From a phage, in assembly GCA_009015555.1 (NCBI GenBank), contig GCA_009015555.1_3613.1: a DNA stretch of 64,000 nt; one strand, written 5' to 3'. The first letter of the stretch is position 1; each line of letters opens with the position of its first letter. The position numbers were made by a program, and so were the translations under genes. The notes under the pieces were generated by a model. That model saw nothing but the letters and a program-made list of their open reading frames with translations. It was not told the origin of the DNA and searched no databases. Shown one piece after another: positions 47,006-55,522 of the stretch.

Positions 47006-47958
47006 CACAAACCTCCCGGTAATTTGTATTGATAGATCGTCTTCGAACTATAACCAGATAGCCAGAAGAACAAGTCGCCCACCCTTAAACATGGGCAGTG
47101 GAACTGGTTTGTTGGGACAGAAGCTGTTGTTTTACTACCTGTCAAGATATCGAACTGGTTAAGTACCGTACTGCTTTGTTGGACTGTATATATAACCCCT
47201 TTCCATACGCAAGACGGCATATCATAAGGGGTAAATCCCGGGCTTGTAACTTGTACTGTTGAGATCTGAAGGTTTGTCAAATCCACACGGAGGACATCCA
47301 GATATGGAGAGCCGTCACCCTCGCTTGTGTTCTTTATTGAACCCCCTCCGGTTATATAAACAAACCCGCCCATCAAAGTGGCGTCCCCACCAGACACCCC
47401 GTGAGAAAAAGCACCGGAAAGAACTACGTCTTCCCAAGCCAAGCCATCTATCCGGCACCTGCGGATTGCATTGGATGAAAACCCGGTGGACTTGTAGACA
47501 TTGGCAATAGAGTACACGTAATCGTCATCTACGTAAATAGCTCCATAATCATAAGGCAAGGCGGGATAAGTTTTGTACACACCCGTCTCCAAGTTCAGGG
47601 ATTCGATTACCCCTGTCTTTGTCCTGCCTTGTCCGAAGTAAAGAACTCCCTTATGGAGATAACTGGCGGTATTCAACGGTATGGTTCTTCCAGCCACACC
47701 AGGGACCATACCTGAGTATGCCATGTCGCTCACATTGAAGGTGTGCAAACCATCTGCTTTCAGGACATAGATTTTTCCATTCCAATACCCGATCGCGACG
47801 GCTGCTGTGCTGGTAGGAGAAGAGCCTCCCAAAGTTCCACCACGGGATTGGCCCGGCATCATGGCGGCTGATGCCGACACTAATGCCTCGTCAGCATTAA
47901 CGTCATCCATGTCCACAGGCACCCCTTTCTTCCCTCCTGCCATTAATAACTCGATCAT
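47005..47958 (-). CDS. N-tag family paralog D: Kelch-like beta-propeller protein (N-terminus MIELLMAGGKKG)
   Basis: 317 aa; RBS GGAGGA; repeated G.IY..GG-type blades; shared N-terminal motif. Confidence 0.55.
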   Translation of the reverse strand: MIELLMAGGKKGVPVDMDDVNADEALVSASAAMMPGQSRGGTLGGSSPTSTAAVAIGYWNGKIYVLKADGLHTFNVSDMAYSGMVPGVAGRTIPLNTASYLHKGVLYFGQGRTKTGVIESLNLETGVYKTYPALPYDYGAIYVDDDYVYSIANVYKSTGFSSNAIRRCRIDGLAWEDVVLSGAFSHGVSGGDATLMGGFVYITGGGSIKNTSEGDGSPYLDVLRVDLTNLQISTVQVTSPGFTPYDMPSCVWKGVIYTVQQSSTVLNQFDILTGSKTTASVPTNQFHCPCLRVGDLFFWLSGYSSKTIYQYKLPGGL

Positions 47959-48149
47959 TATTCCTCCACCAACTCGCCCGCGCCGTTGTACCGAGTGTTC
48001 CAGTCCCTCAGCACGGAATCGTACCCGTACTCAGATCTCTTTTCTGCCCCGCACCAGCCGCAGGTTATTACGTGCCTGTCTTGATAATGGGTATCTTCCC
48101 AGTAATCAGGTTGCTTACCACAGAAAGGGCATGGTTTAATATCAGTCAT
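47958..48149 (-). CDS. Lar-family-like restriction-alleviation zinc-ribbon protein
   Basis: Track ORF 47958..48182 trimmed to ATG 48149 (RBS GGAG); MTDIKPCPFCG...CGWCG resembles the Lar-family CPFCG signature. Confidence 0.4.
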   Translation of the reverse strand: MTDIKPCPFCGKQPDYWEDTHYQDRHVITCGWCGAEKRSEYGYDSVLRDWNTRYNGAGELVEE

Positions 48150-48516
48150 CGGACCACTCCTTGTCGTACCCGGCATCTTCACGGGTCATAGCGATATGCG
48201 GGGCATCGCACCCGTCATACCAGTTATCGACAAACATTTTCTCGGACCCTTCTACGATGAACAGGCCCGCCTGCCGTAATTCCTCTTGCAGGTTGCCAAA
48301 CATATTATCGTTCTGGTCGAAGATCACCAGGCCTGCATCATACGACGGTCCGTCTTCATGACGGTAAACGACCATATCACCACTGTAAGTGATCTTCAGC
48401 TTGGAATCGATCTCGTCAAGCCTGTCGGAAACCTCTTGCCAAGAATCCGTGTGCAGATTGCCCAGCGGAGGGTCTAACAGTGCAATGACGCCCACGGTTA
48501 CACGTTGCTCGCTCAT
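48142..48516 (-). CDS. hypothetical acidic protein
   Basis: 124-aa ORF with RBS GAGAGGAG. Confidence 0.5.
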   Translation of the reverse strand: MSEQRVTVGVIALLDPPLGNLHTDSWQEVSDRLDEIDSKLKITYSGDMVVYRHEDGPSYDAGLVIFDQNDNMFGNLQEELRQAGLFIVEGSEKMFVDNWYDGCDAPHIAMTREDAGYDKEWSDD

Positions 48517-48531
48517 GAATACTCCTCTCTA

Positions 48532-49185
48532 TTAATCAAGAACAAATGGTGCCGTCGGCACTGAGAAATTACCGTCGTAACGGGCCACCTTGCTGATACG
48601 GAATTGGTCAAGCCCACCAAACATAGTTTGTTCGCCGAAGCCGATTCTTGCAAAACGGCTTACGTCACTCCACCCTCCGGAAGCAAAGGACGTGGTGGTT
48701 GGTGCCACTTTACCGTTCAGATATAACTTCGTGACTCCCCCTTTGCTCACAATAGCCACATGTGTCCAGTTGGAAAGAGGCCAGTAGTTGGTACTAAAGC
48801 TCAAATAATTCTTCTGGTCCTGAAGATAAACCACACTTTGGTAAACCTTGAGGCAACTCTGAGTACCTGTCCCAAAATACATCCACCAGGAAGAGGCAAC
48901 TGAAGAGTTTCTTGACCAAAATTCGATAGTGAACTCGTCCTCTGGTTTGAAGACGAGATCTGTTTTCTCTGTCGCCATCATCTCAAAATAGCTGGCAGTG
49001 TTAGTACAGTCAAAGTATTTGTTGTTGAATTTTCCGTAACTTCCGGTGCCTACTGTTGCTACTTTTGAAAATTGCCGGGTAGGCTTGGCAACATCAATAC
49101 CTCCCTTGTCTGCTTGCAGGAGAAGGAGAGTTTTATCTCCCTTCATGCCGCCGCCTGCACCAGCCGCCAATAGGATTTCCTGCAC
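48532..49185 (-). CDS. N-tag family paralog A: ConA/LamG-like jelly-roll protein (N-terminus MQEILLAAGAGGG)
   Basis: 217 aa; GTG start with AAGGAG; LamG-type pattern (W.HVAIV...LYLNGK...DQFRISKVARY). Confidence 0.6.
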   Translation of the reverse strand: MQEILLAAGAGGGMKGDKTLLLLQADKGGIDVAKPTRQFSKVATVGTGSYGKFNNKYFDCTNTASYFEMMATEKTDLVFKPEDEFTIEFWSRNSSVASSWWMYFGTGTQSCLKVYQSVVYLQDQKNYLSFSTNYWPLSNWTHVAIVSKGGVTKLYLNGKVAPTTTSFASGGWSDVSRFARIGFGEQTMFGGLDQFRISKVARYDGNFSVPTAPFVLD

Positions 49186-49195
49186 TTTTTACTCC

Positions 49196-49867
49196 TTAAT
49201 GATTGAAGTGGTAAACAGCCCGGGCAAACCCCTCTGGGGTCAGCGATCGTAGCTGTTTGGTCCTCTCCGACTTACCACCTAAAAACTTCCAGCCCCAGAA
49301 GCAGCCTATATGAGGCACAGGCTTCTTGTCAGGCATCACAAAGCCATTCCCTACCCAGAGGCAAGTTTTCTTTGTGTAGGCGTTCCTGTACGGCATTTTT
49401 GGGTGGTACGAGCCTTCAATCTGACTCAAGTACCCTCCATACTCGTAAGGGTCGAAATAATGATCCGGCTTGCGCCACAGCGTACTCATCTTACCCACCG
49501 GGTTCTCGACCATCCAAGGACAGCCAAAAACGTTAGCAACACGCTCTACCATTTTAGCATTATCTATCGACTCCATCAACTCCGATTTCGTCCGGGTATG
49601 CTTGGCCCCGGCTACAGACAGGTTGGTGCAGCTTGGAAATGCAAAGATAATGTCCGGCTTCGGAATACCCGCTTTGGCAACGAAGGCTTCGAAGTCTTCA
49701 TCGATCCAACAATTCACATACTGGATGTTGGGGTGCTCCCGGCGCAGTTCATACTGACCATGATCAGCGGTGTCTGCATTAAAGCAGAACACCTTCCAAC
49801 CATTCAGGGCGTACTCATACCCCATGAAACCAGACCCATCAAACAGGCTCCAGACGACTTTAGACAT
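49196..49867 (-). CDS. DNA cytosine-C5 methyltransferase-like protein (short, divergent)
   Basis: Track ORF 49196..49966 trimmed to ATG 49867; motifs LFDGSGFMG (motif I-like), FPSC (Pro-Cys-type), MVENPVG (ENV-like). Confidence 0.35.
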   Translation of the reverse strand: MSKVVWSLFDGSGFMGYEYALNGWKVFCFNADTADHGQYELRREHPNIQYVNCWIDEDFEAFVAKAGIPKPDIIFAFPSCTNLSVAGAKHTRTKSELMESIDNAKMVERVANVFGCPWMVENPVGKMSTLWRKPDHYFDPYEYGGYLSQIEGSYHPKMPYRNAYTKKTCLWVGNGFVMPDKKPVPHIGCFWGWKFLGGKSERTKQLRSLTPEGFARAVYHFNH

Positions 49868-50114
49868 TACCAACCTCGCCGTGAATTGTGCAAGGGACAA
49901 ATACATCACGTCCGAAACCATCGCGCATCTTAACTTTTTGGTAAGGGAACAGGATGTCGTCTTCATCTGCCGCGATCATGTTTTCGCCGTGTTCGATGTA
50001 AAAACGAAGCTGCCGGATCAGATAGATGGAATCTATACCGGAAGAGTCCAGCAGGTCCTCTTCGTCGTAATCTGCCATGATGCGCTGCTTATCCAGACGG
50101 ACCCAATATTTCAT
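49860..50114 (-). CDS. hypothetical acidic protein
   Basis: 84-aa ORF with RBS GGAGAGAA. Confidence 0.5.
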   Translation of the reverse strand: MKYWVRLDKQRIMADYDEEDLLDSSGIDSIYLIRQLRFYIEHGENMIAADEDDILFPYQKVKMRDGFGRDVFVPCTIHGEVGNV

Positions 50115-50290
50115 TGCATTCTCTCCAAAATGATCCCTGCCTCTTTGGCCTCTTTCACAGGCACATATCCACCATGCCAGTCAAGGATGAACTCCTTGCC
50201 CTGGCGCACGAAGATTTGGTAGCGTCCGTTAACCGTCAACGCCGGAACCTTGCGAGTTGTGCTGACCACTCTTACTGTACCACCCATCAT
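50111..50290 (-). CDS. small hypothetical protein
   Basis: C-terminal 59 codons of track ORF 50111..50461, starting at ATG overlapping stop of upstream membrane ORF. Confidence 0.35.
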   Translation of the reverse strand: MMGGTVRVVSTTRKVPALTVNGRYQIFVRQGKEFILDWHGGYVPVKEAKEAGIILERMQ

Positions 50291-50466
50291 AGCGTACCCC
50301 TCGCAATAAGTCCACCAAAAGACATCAGAACGGCGATAAAGTTGGTGGTAAACACCACCCGGCTCCAGATGCCGTCGCCATAAATCTTGGGCCAGTACAC
50401 CGCAGTTAACATGAAAAACCCATTGGTAATCAGGAAGATCAGGTCTAAAATATCGCGGCAACTCAT
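50287..50466 (-). CDS. small membrane protein (59 aa), not in ORF track
   Basis: Hydrophobic MSCRDILDLIFLITNGFFMLTAVYW...; ATGA overlap with upstream gene; preferred over the W/R-rich overlapping frame. Confidence 0.3.
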   Translation of the reverse strand: MSCRDILDLIFLITNGFFMLTAVYWPKIYGDGIWSRVVFTTNFIAVLMSFGGLIARGTL

Positions 50467-50804
50467 CGTTTAGCTCCTTTCACAGACACAACAACCAAGA
50501 ACTGGAATACCGCCAAGACGCCCATCAAGAATAACCCTGCGATAGTGGCAAAAAATATGAACGGTAAACCGTATACCGATGCCAAAACGCAACCACCGAT
50601 AAACCCAGCCACAATCACCTCAATGCCCTCCAAGATGAACATGGCTTCACATTTCTTGTACTGATCTCGTAAGATAAAGAACAGCGCCACTGCCGAGAAG
50701 GCTATGAGGTAAATAATTAGGGTTGTCGGTGAAGTGATGGGTTTCAGGATTTCCCACCACCAATCCTGTGCCGCCGTCATCAGCCCAATAATCCTGTCAA
50801 TCAT
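50463..50804 (-). CDS. membrane protein (3-4 TM)
   Basis: 113-aa hydrophobic ORF with RBS GAGG. Confidence 0.5.
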   Translation of the reverse strand: MIDRIIGLMTAAQDWWWEILKPITSPTTLIIYLIAFSAVALFFILRDQYKKCEAMFILEGIEVIVAGFIGGCVLASVYGLPFIFFATIAGLFLMGVLAVFQFLVVVSVKGAKR

Positions 50805-51073
50805 GATCCATACCTCGCTTCATAAAGGAAAGTGTCCAAATCTGTTTTGTTGTCCCAGCCCGGCTCGGAGACAGGCATCAGCCAATCTACGTTGAGGATC
50901 AGCATATCCCCTTTGCGGTCGAAGGACTCCCACCAACCGAACTCGTCGGCCTTGCTCAGGAAGACCATCTTCCCGTGGAACTCTTTTGGCCCGGCGTAGA
51001 CCAAGGCATACCCGCCGGAGAACAACGTCCCCTCGTGCAGGTTGCAAGGGTCTTTGCGTGAATCGTCAATCAT
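50801..51073 (-). CDS. hypothetical protein
   Basis: 90-aa ORF; ATGA overlap with upstream gene. Confidence 0.5.
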   Translation of the reverse strand: MIDDSRKDPCNLHEGTLFSGGYALVYAGPKEFHGKMVFLSKADEFGWWESFDRKGDMLILNVDWLMPVSEPGWDNKTDLDTFLYEARYGS

Positions 51074-51234
51074 TTACGTGGTTTCCTCTTTGAGGGTTGT
51101 GGTTCACAGACCCGCGCCCGGTAGCAACTGTACTCAACGTAGCGCCAGGTTTTCTTTAAGTGCTCGATCAGTTCTTTGAGATGTTCCTCGGTCCGGGCAT
51201 AGCCGCACACATGATAACAGTCCCCGACTGACAT
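51070..51234 (-). CDS. small Cys-rich protein
   Basis: C-terminal 54 codons of track ORF 51070..51351 from ATG 51234; CYHVCG...CYRARVC pattern. Confidence 0.35.
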   Translation of the reverse strand: MSVGDCYHVCGYARTEEHLKELIEHLKKTWRYVEYSCYRARVCEPQPSKRKPRK

Positions 51235-51275
51235 CCGGCACTTCACACTGTAGTGTGTTTCGAAGTTCTTGTCAA

Positions 51276-51416
51276 TCACTTCAACAACTCCCCTATCGCC
51301 AGCCCGGCGATCAGAAGCTCCAGCATACCAACCATCATTGCAATCACCCAAATCACCTCATCCACAGGTCGGCGACCAAAACAGTGTGCCAGCAGCGTCA
51401 TGAAAAATGTGATCAT
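51276..51416 (-). CDS. small membrane protein (46 aa), not in ORF track
   Basis: MITFFMTLLAHCF...VIWVIAMMVGMLELLIAGLAIG; ATGA overlap with upstream gene. Confidence 0.3.
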   Translation of the reverse strand: MITFFMTLLAHCFGRRPVDEVIWVIAMMVGMLELLIAGLAIGELLK

Positions 51417-51709
51417 AATCCAAGTTCCTCCGCAGAATAAATGTCGTTGCCCTCATAACCACGGAACAGTACCATCACTGGGTCACAGCGGCCCTTGGTA
51501 GACATGAAACGCGACTTCTCGGCATTCACCAAGTAAACATCTTTGTTCACCGGAAATGTCTTTGGCTGACCCATACCGGGCGTTGCCACCGTGATACGGC
51601 TGTGCTTAGGGATCTTCTTGACGACTTCGACCTGCTTGCCGACCAGCGACTCGATCCCTTCACGTTCTGCGACCATATCCCGCACTACCGGGACCAGTAA
51701 CTTAATCAT
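51413..51709 (-). CDS. hypothetical protein
   Basis: Track ORF 51413..51754 trimmed to ATG 51709 (RBS GGAGG). Confidence 0.45.
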   Translation of the reverse strand: MIKLLVPVVRDMVAEREGIESLVGKQVEVVKKIPKHSRITVATPGMGQPKTFPVNKDVYLVNAEKSRFMSTKGRCDPVMVLFRGYEGNDIYSAEELGL

Positions 51710-51917
51710 CCACAACCTCCACTTCATCTTCAAACAGGCAAACCGACAATCCATCGGTGTTCTTCACCACATAGTACACCGGGGTTCCATCGTAGCCACC
51801 ATAGGGTACACCTTGAACTTCCAGAATATCCCCGACCTTAGTCCGAGTGAACAGGGCCGGGTGCGACCAGCAACGGTTCATGCTGGCTACCTTGACCTTG
51901 ACTTTAGTCACAATCAT
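51702..51917 (-). CDS. hypothetical protein
   Basis: 71-aa ORF with RBS GTAGGAGG. Confidence 0.5.
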   Translation of the reverse strand: MIVTKVKVKVASMNRCWSHPALFTRTKVGDILEVQGVPYGGYDGTPVYYVVKNTDGLSVCLFEDEVEVVDD

Positions 51918-51943
51918 ATAACCTCCTACTGGTTGATAAGGGG

Positions 51944-51972
51944 AGTTTACAGGGGTTTTATCGGGGAGTCAA
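51944..51972 (-). promoter_or_regulatory. sigma70-like promoter (TTGACT, 17-nt spacer, TAAACT)
   Basis: Hexamers on minus strand directly downstream of terminator. Confidence 0.4.
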
Positions 51973-51974
51973 AC

Positions 51975-51998
51975 GAAAAAAGGCCCCCGAAGGGACCT
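51975..51998 (-). terminator. rho-independent terminator
   Basis: GGUCCC-UUCG-GGGGCC stem (one G-U pair) followed by UUUUUU on minus strand. Confidence 0.5.
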
Positions 51999-52003
51999 TT
52001 TTA

Positions 52004-52522
52004 TTATTCTGCCGCTGCTTCAGGCATTGCCTCAGCAACTTCCGGCTCCGGAGTGAATACACGGAAAGAGGTTTCTGTCTCGATAGAGAAACGGTCATTG
52101 TGCCGACGCAGAAATGCGTATACCGAACGGGCCTGCGTGTTTGCGTACATGATCATATCTGCCGGGTGGAACTCCAAACAGGAGTGGCCTGACGCCTGCA
52201 CACGCTGAATAACATTATTCGCCTGCACGGTGATCACTTGGGCGATAAAGTTACGCAGTTCGGTAGATGCCGTTCCAGTACGAACAAACTCCGACAGGTG
52301 CGGATAAAGATATTGCGGCACATTCCGATCCAGCGGATAGAACTGAGAGTCGTTCGGCACAGACGTCGAGAAGGTCACCTTCACAGAGTTACCAAGATTC
52401 TGCAAGATCGCATTCTCAAAAGCGGTTGTCACAATATCGGTGATGTCCACAACCGCACCATTTTTCATCGGCGGGATGTCAAAATCGTTACGTTCGCCAC
52501 CACGTTGACGTTCAATAATCAT
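52004..52522 (-). CDS. hypothetical protein
   Basis: Track ORF 52004..52528 (GTG) trimmed to ATG 52522 with GAGGTG. Confidence 0.5.
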   Translation of the reverse strand: MIIERQRGGERNDFDIPPMKNGAVVDITDIVTTAFENAILQNLGNSVKVTFSTSVPNDSQFYPLDRNVPQYLYPHLSEFVRTGTASTELRNFIAQVITVQANNVIQRVQASGHSCLEFHPADMIMYANTQARSVYAFLRRHNDRFSIETETSFRVFTPEPEVAEAMPEAAAE

Positions 52523-52540
52523 AATCACCTCGAAGTAAAT

Positions 52541-52555
52541 GGGGCCGAAGCCCCG
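52541..52555 (-). promoter_or_regulatory. GC hairpin with UUCG loop (GGGGCUUCGGCCCC), no U-tract
   Basis: Perfect stem immediately after primase-helicase stop. Confidence 0.4.
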
Positions 52556-52559
52556 TTAA

Positions 52560-54632
52560 TTAAAATGGGCAGTCATCATCCATTTCATCAGGCATGTCCG
52601 GGACTTCCGGGATGTCTGGGATAACGACAGGTTTTGTTTGAACAGGCTCCGGAGTTTCCTCCTTCGTCTGTTCCTCTTCCGGAACTTCCAGGCCCAGATC
52701 CTGCTGTTCAACCTGCTGTTCCTTGGCCTCTTCCTGTGCTGCCAGGAACTGCTCGTCCGCCGGAGGGATGTCATCATCCGTCAGGTCAGATCCGGTCTTA
52801 TCTTGGTTCTCCGGAGACAGAGGTTGTGCTGCACTTCCCGTCGGCTCCTGATAAGAATCGTTGCTCGGATCATGTTCCGGGTGGACCGCATACCACTCAC
52901 GGAGAGTTTCGTATGGACTGTCCAAGAACCCCTCTGGCGGTTCCAGATAATCACCTGTGTCGATGTCGTAGAACACCGGGAACTTACCAGCACGACCGTG
53001 CTTACGGTCATCCAACAGCACAAACCAAGAGGTGTTGCGCTGCTTCATTGGAAGCTCCGGGTCCTTATTACGCTCAATACCTACCATGTAGTAGGTGTTA
53101 CGCATCATTGCACGGGAACCAGCAAACTGTGCCGACTGAACCTGACCACCGAACTCGTGAGGCTTACCAGTCTCCGGCTTGTTCAGGTGACAGAAGCAAC
53201 AATACCAGAAGCCCAGTTCCTTCGCAAGTTTGGAGATTTCATCAGAGAAACGCTCCAACTCCACGTTCGCTTCGGATGCAGACATACCCTGCACCAGACG
53301 AGTGATCGGGTCAATGAAGATGTCCTCACAACCCTCTACGATAACCGCATGGCGGATAGCGCCCTTAACCTCGTCCCATACTGCACGACCGTAGTTGTTG
53401 TAGTAGATGATGTTGTCACCTACCTTGTCGGTAGCCTCAATCAGTTCTTCCTGTTTGAAGTAACCACGCTGACCCTCGAAGACTTCCTCACCCCAGATGT
53501 CCCGGTAAGTTCCGTCCTCTTGTGGGATCATCACCTTCTCTGCGTTCACGAAATCCTTGTGGTACAGCTTACCAGCGACCTTCTTACACGTGATCTCGTT
53601 CTCTTCCTCGAACTTGAACACTGCGGCCTTACGGCCCTCTGTACCGATGATGTGCTCCACAAGCTGGTTAAGCCACTCGGACTTACCCATCTTAACCCCG
53701 GCACCGACGAACATACCTTCCCCGAGACGACGGCCCAACGTCAGGCGCGTCATTGTAGGCCAAGGCCATTTCTTCCCGAGTTTAGGGATCTCGTGTGCCT
53801 TCTCACGGAACTGAGAGTAGGTCGCAAAGCCGTCCGGCACGTACTCTTTAGGCTTCATCGCTGCCCAGAAAAGCTGCTGCGCCAAGCCCTTATTGTACAT
53901 GTCACAAGGGTCCATGTCTTCAGGGATATCGACGACTTTCATCTGTGGGATGACAGAATACACTGCCGCCACGGCATCTTTACCCTTCATGATACCCTTG
54001 GCTTTCTCAGTTTCGTTCGCCCGGTCGGCGTCGAAAGCCACAATGATCTCTTCGAACTTACTCAGGAGCTTATAGTTGTTCTTCTGAGACAGGTTCTGTA
54101 CTGCGTTGGATGTGCCGTTGGAGATTGACACAACCGTGAAGTTAGGCTTACGGGCATTGCCGTCCTTCGATTTGTAGTTCTCGCGGAGAACCTGCCACAA
54201 AATCGCTGCATCGTACTCACCTTCGGTGATGAAGATCATACGCTTGGACGACTTGTTGGCACCTTCCAGGCCAAACAGATCACAGGCTACTGACTGGAAG
54301 CCGATGGTGCTGAAGTGGCCCTTCTGCTGCTTAGGGATGGTCAGGTCGCGCTTCTTAAAACCAACGATCTTTCCTTCCAAAGTATATGGAAAATAATGCG
54401 CTTCCGGCGTCATACCGTCCTTAGCAGACAGTTTTGTGCGAATACCGAAGCGTTCAGCCGTCTTCTCATCAATCCCGCGCTCTGGGATCGCCTTGAAGGG
54501 ATACGTCTTTACATCTTCAACTGTCTCTTCAACTCGCTGCACTCCGCCTCCAAAACCACGGGTGGTTGACGCCTTCGGGTTGGTGTACCCCGTCTTATAT
54601 CCACCGAACAACCCTTCACCAAATGTGCTCAC
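52560..54632 (-). CDS. DNA primase-helicase (TOPRIM primase domain fused to DnaB-like helicase)
   Basis: 690 aa; GTG start preceded by GGGAGG; FITEGEYDA TOPRIM-type motif; P-loop GAGVKMGKSE in C-terminal half. Confidence 0.75.
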   Translation of the reverse strand: MSTFGEGLFGGYKTGYTNPKASTTRGFGGGVQRVEETVEDVKTYPFKAIPERGIDEKTAERFGIRTKLSAKDGMTPEAHYFPYTLEGKIVGFKKRDLTIPKQQKGHFSTIGFQSVACDLFGLEGANKSSKRMIFITEGEYDAAILWQVLRENYKSKDGNARKPNFTVVSISNGTSNAVQNLSQKNNYKLLSKFEEIIVAFDADRANETEKAKGIMKGKDAVAAVYSVIPQMKVVDIPEDMDPCDMYNKGLAQQLFWAAMKPKEYVPDGFATYSQFREKAHEIPKLGKKWPWPTMTRLTLGRRLGEGMFVGAGVKMGKSEWLNQLVEHIIGTEGRKAAVFKFEEENEITCKKVAGKLYHKDFVNAEKVMIPQEDGTYRDIWGEEVFEGQRGYFKQEELIEATDKVGDNIIYYNNYGRAVWDEVKGAIRHAVIVEGCEDIFIDPITRLVQGMSASEANVELERFSDEISKLAKELGFWYCCFCHLNKPETGKPHEFGGQVQSAQFAGSRAMMRNTYYMVGIERNKDPELPMKQRNTSWFVLLDDRKHGRAGKFPVFYDIDTGDYLEPPEGFLDSPYETLREWYAVHPEHDPSNDSYQEPTGSAAQPLSPENQDKTGSDLTDDDIPPADEQFLAAQEEAKEQQVEQQDLGLEVPEEEQTKEETPEPVQTKPVVIPDIPEVPDMPDEMDDDCPF

Positions 54633-54808
54633 TTCTTACCTCCCTCTTTCGGAGATTCAACCATTGTGGCAACATAAATCGTACTGCCATTGGGGTTAGT
54701 TCCCACAGAAACAGACCCTTGCAAGGTGTAACCGTAATCCCTGATCCATTTTCGGATCTGGCGCTCTAACTCCACCGGGTGAGTATACACCAACAGTTTA
54801 ACTTCCAT
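54629..54808 (-). CDS. small hypothetical protein (59 aa), not in ORF track
   Basis: ATG overlapping upstream stop (TAATG); stop overlaps primase GTG start and contains its RBS. Confidence 0.3.
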   Translation of the reverse strand: MEVKLLVYTHPVELERQIRKWIRDYGYTLQGSVSVGTNPNGSTIYVATMVESPKEGGKK

Positions 54809-55083
54809 TAAAAACCCCCGTCTTCTTCCAAAAACGCACGTGACATTTCGGCATCACGAATTTGAGCCGAGATCTCAGCATAAATCACTTGACGGGGAAT
54901 GTCAATGTCCAGCACATCACCTTCGAAGTAGACGGAAACCGAAATGATGTCGAGGTAATCCTCTGCATCCCAGTCGCTTGCGGCGTTGGGAATGCCCTTA
55001 TACAGCATCACTTCGGCTTCGACTACAACTTCCTGTCCGAAATCCTTGTGAAAATATGGGAACTCTACAGTTGTGCTACGCAT
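54808..55083 (-). CDS. hypothetical acidic protein
   Basis: 91-aa ORF with RBS AAGGAG. Confidence 0.5.
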   Translation of the reverse strand: MRSTTVEFPYFHKDFGQEVVVEAEVMLYKGIPNAASDWDAEDYLDIISVSVYFEGDVLDIDIPRQVIYAEISAQIRDAEMSRAFLEEDGGF

Positions 55084-55118
55084 GATAACTCCTTATTGAT
55101 GATTTCTTAACTGATCTG

Positions 55119-55310
55119 TTACTTCTTACCGGAAATTTGGTCTTCTCTGACCTGTGTCTTGACTCCATCCGGCATTTCGACCAGATAAGCATTGCAGGTC
55201 AGGTATTCCTGTTGAAGCAGGACCTTACCTTCCCCGCGATAATCCCAGCGCTGATTGCCCTGGTCAAAGAGAACAACGTCGTTGATCTCATAAGCAAAAA
55301 CAGGTTTCAT
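55119..55310 (-). CDS. hypothetical protein
   Basis: 63-aa ORF with RBS GGAG; ATGA overlap with upstream gene. Confidence 0.5.
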   Translation of the reverse strand: MKPVFAYEINDVVLFDQGNQRWDYRGEGKVLLQQEYLTCNAYLVEMPDGVKTQVREDQISGKK

Positions 55311-55522
55311 CGGAACTCCACCGCAGATACCTTTTCGAAACCATCCTCTGCGAGGTGCTTTTCGAACAGCTTTAGTAAACGTTCAGGGGTCGTACAGGCG
55401 CTCCCCGGGTAAATCAACCACATATAACCCTCAGCGCAGTTCAGGTTGATGGCGTATCCCAGCCCTGCGGCCCGATCAAAATCCCCTTCACCCTTCTTCA
55501 CCAAACAACGGACATCTTTCAT
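55307..55522 (-). CDS. hypothetical protein
   Basis: Track ORF 55307..55591 trimmed to ATG 55522 overlapping upstream stop. Confidence 0.45.
   Translation of the reverse strand: MKDVRCLVKKGEGDFDRAAGLGYAINLNCAEGYMWLIYPGSACTTPERLLKLFEKHLAEDGFEKVSAVEFR

Noticed and set aside
50111-50461. Full-length 116-aa track ORF
   Set aside because: Its N-terminal two-thirds is W/R/H-rich and overlaps a well-coupled hydrophobic 59-aa frame; split into a small membrane protein and a C-terminal gene instead (low confidence either way).
52638-54128. 496-aa plus-strand ORF antisense to the primase-helicase gene
   Set aside because: Same reasoning; the minus frame carries TOPRIM and P-loop motifs.
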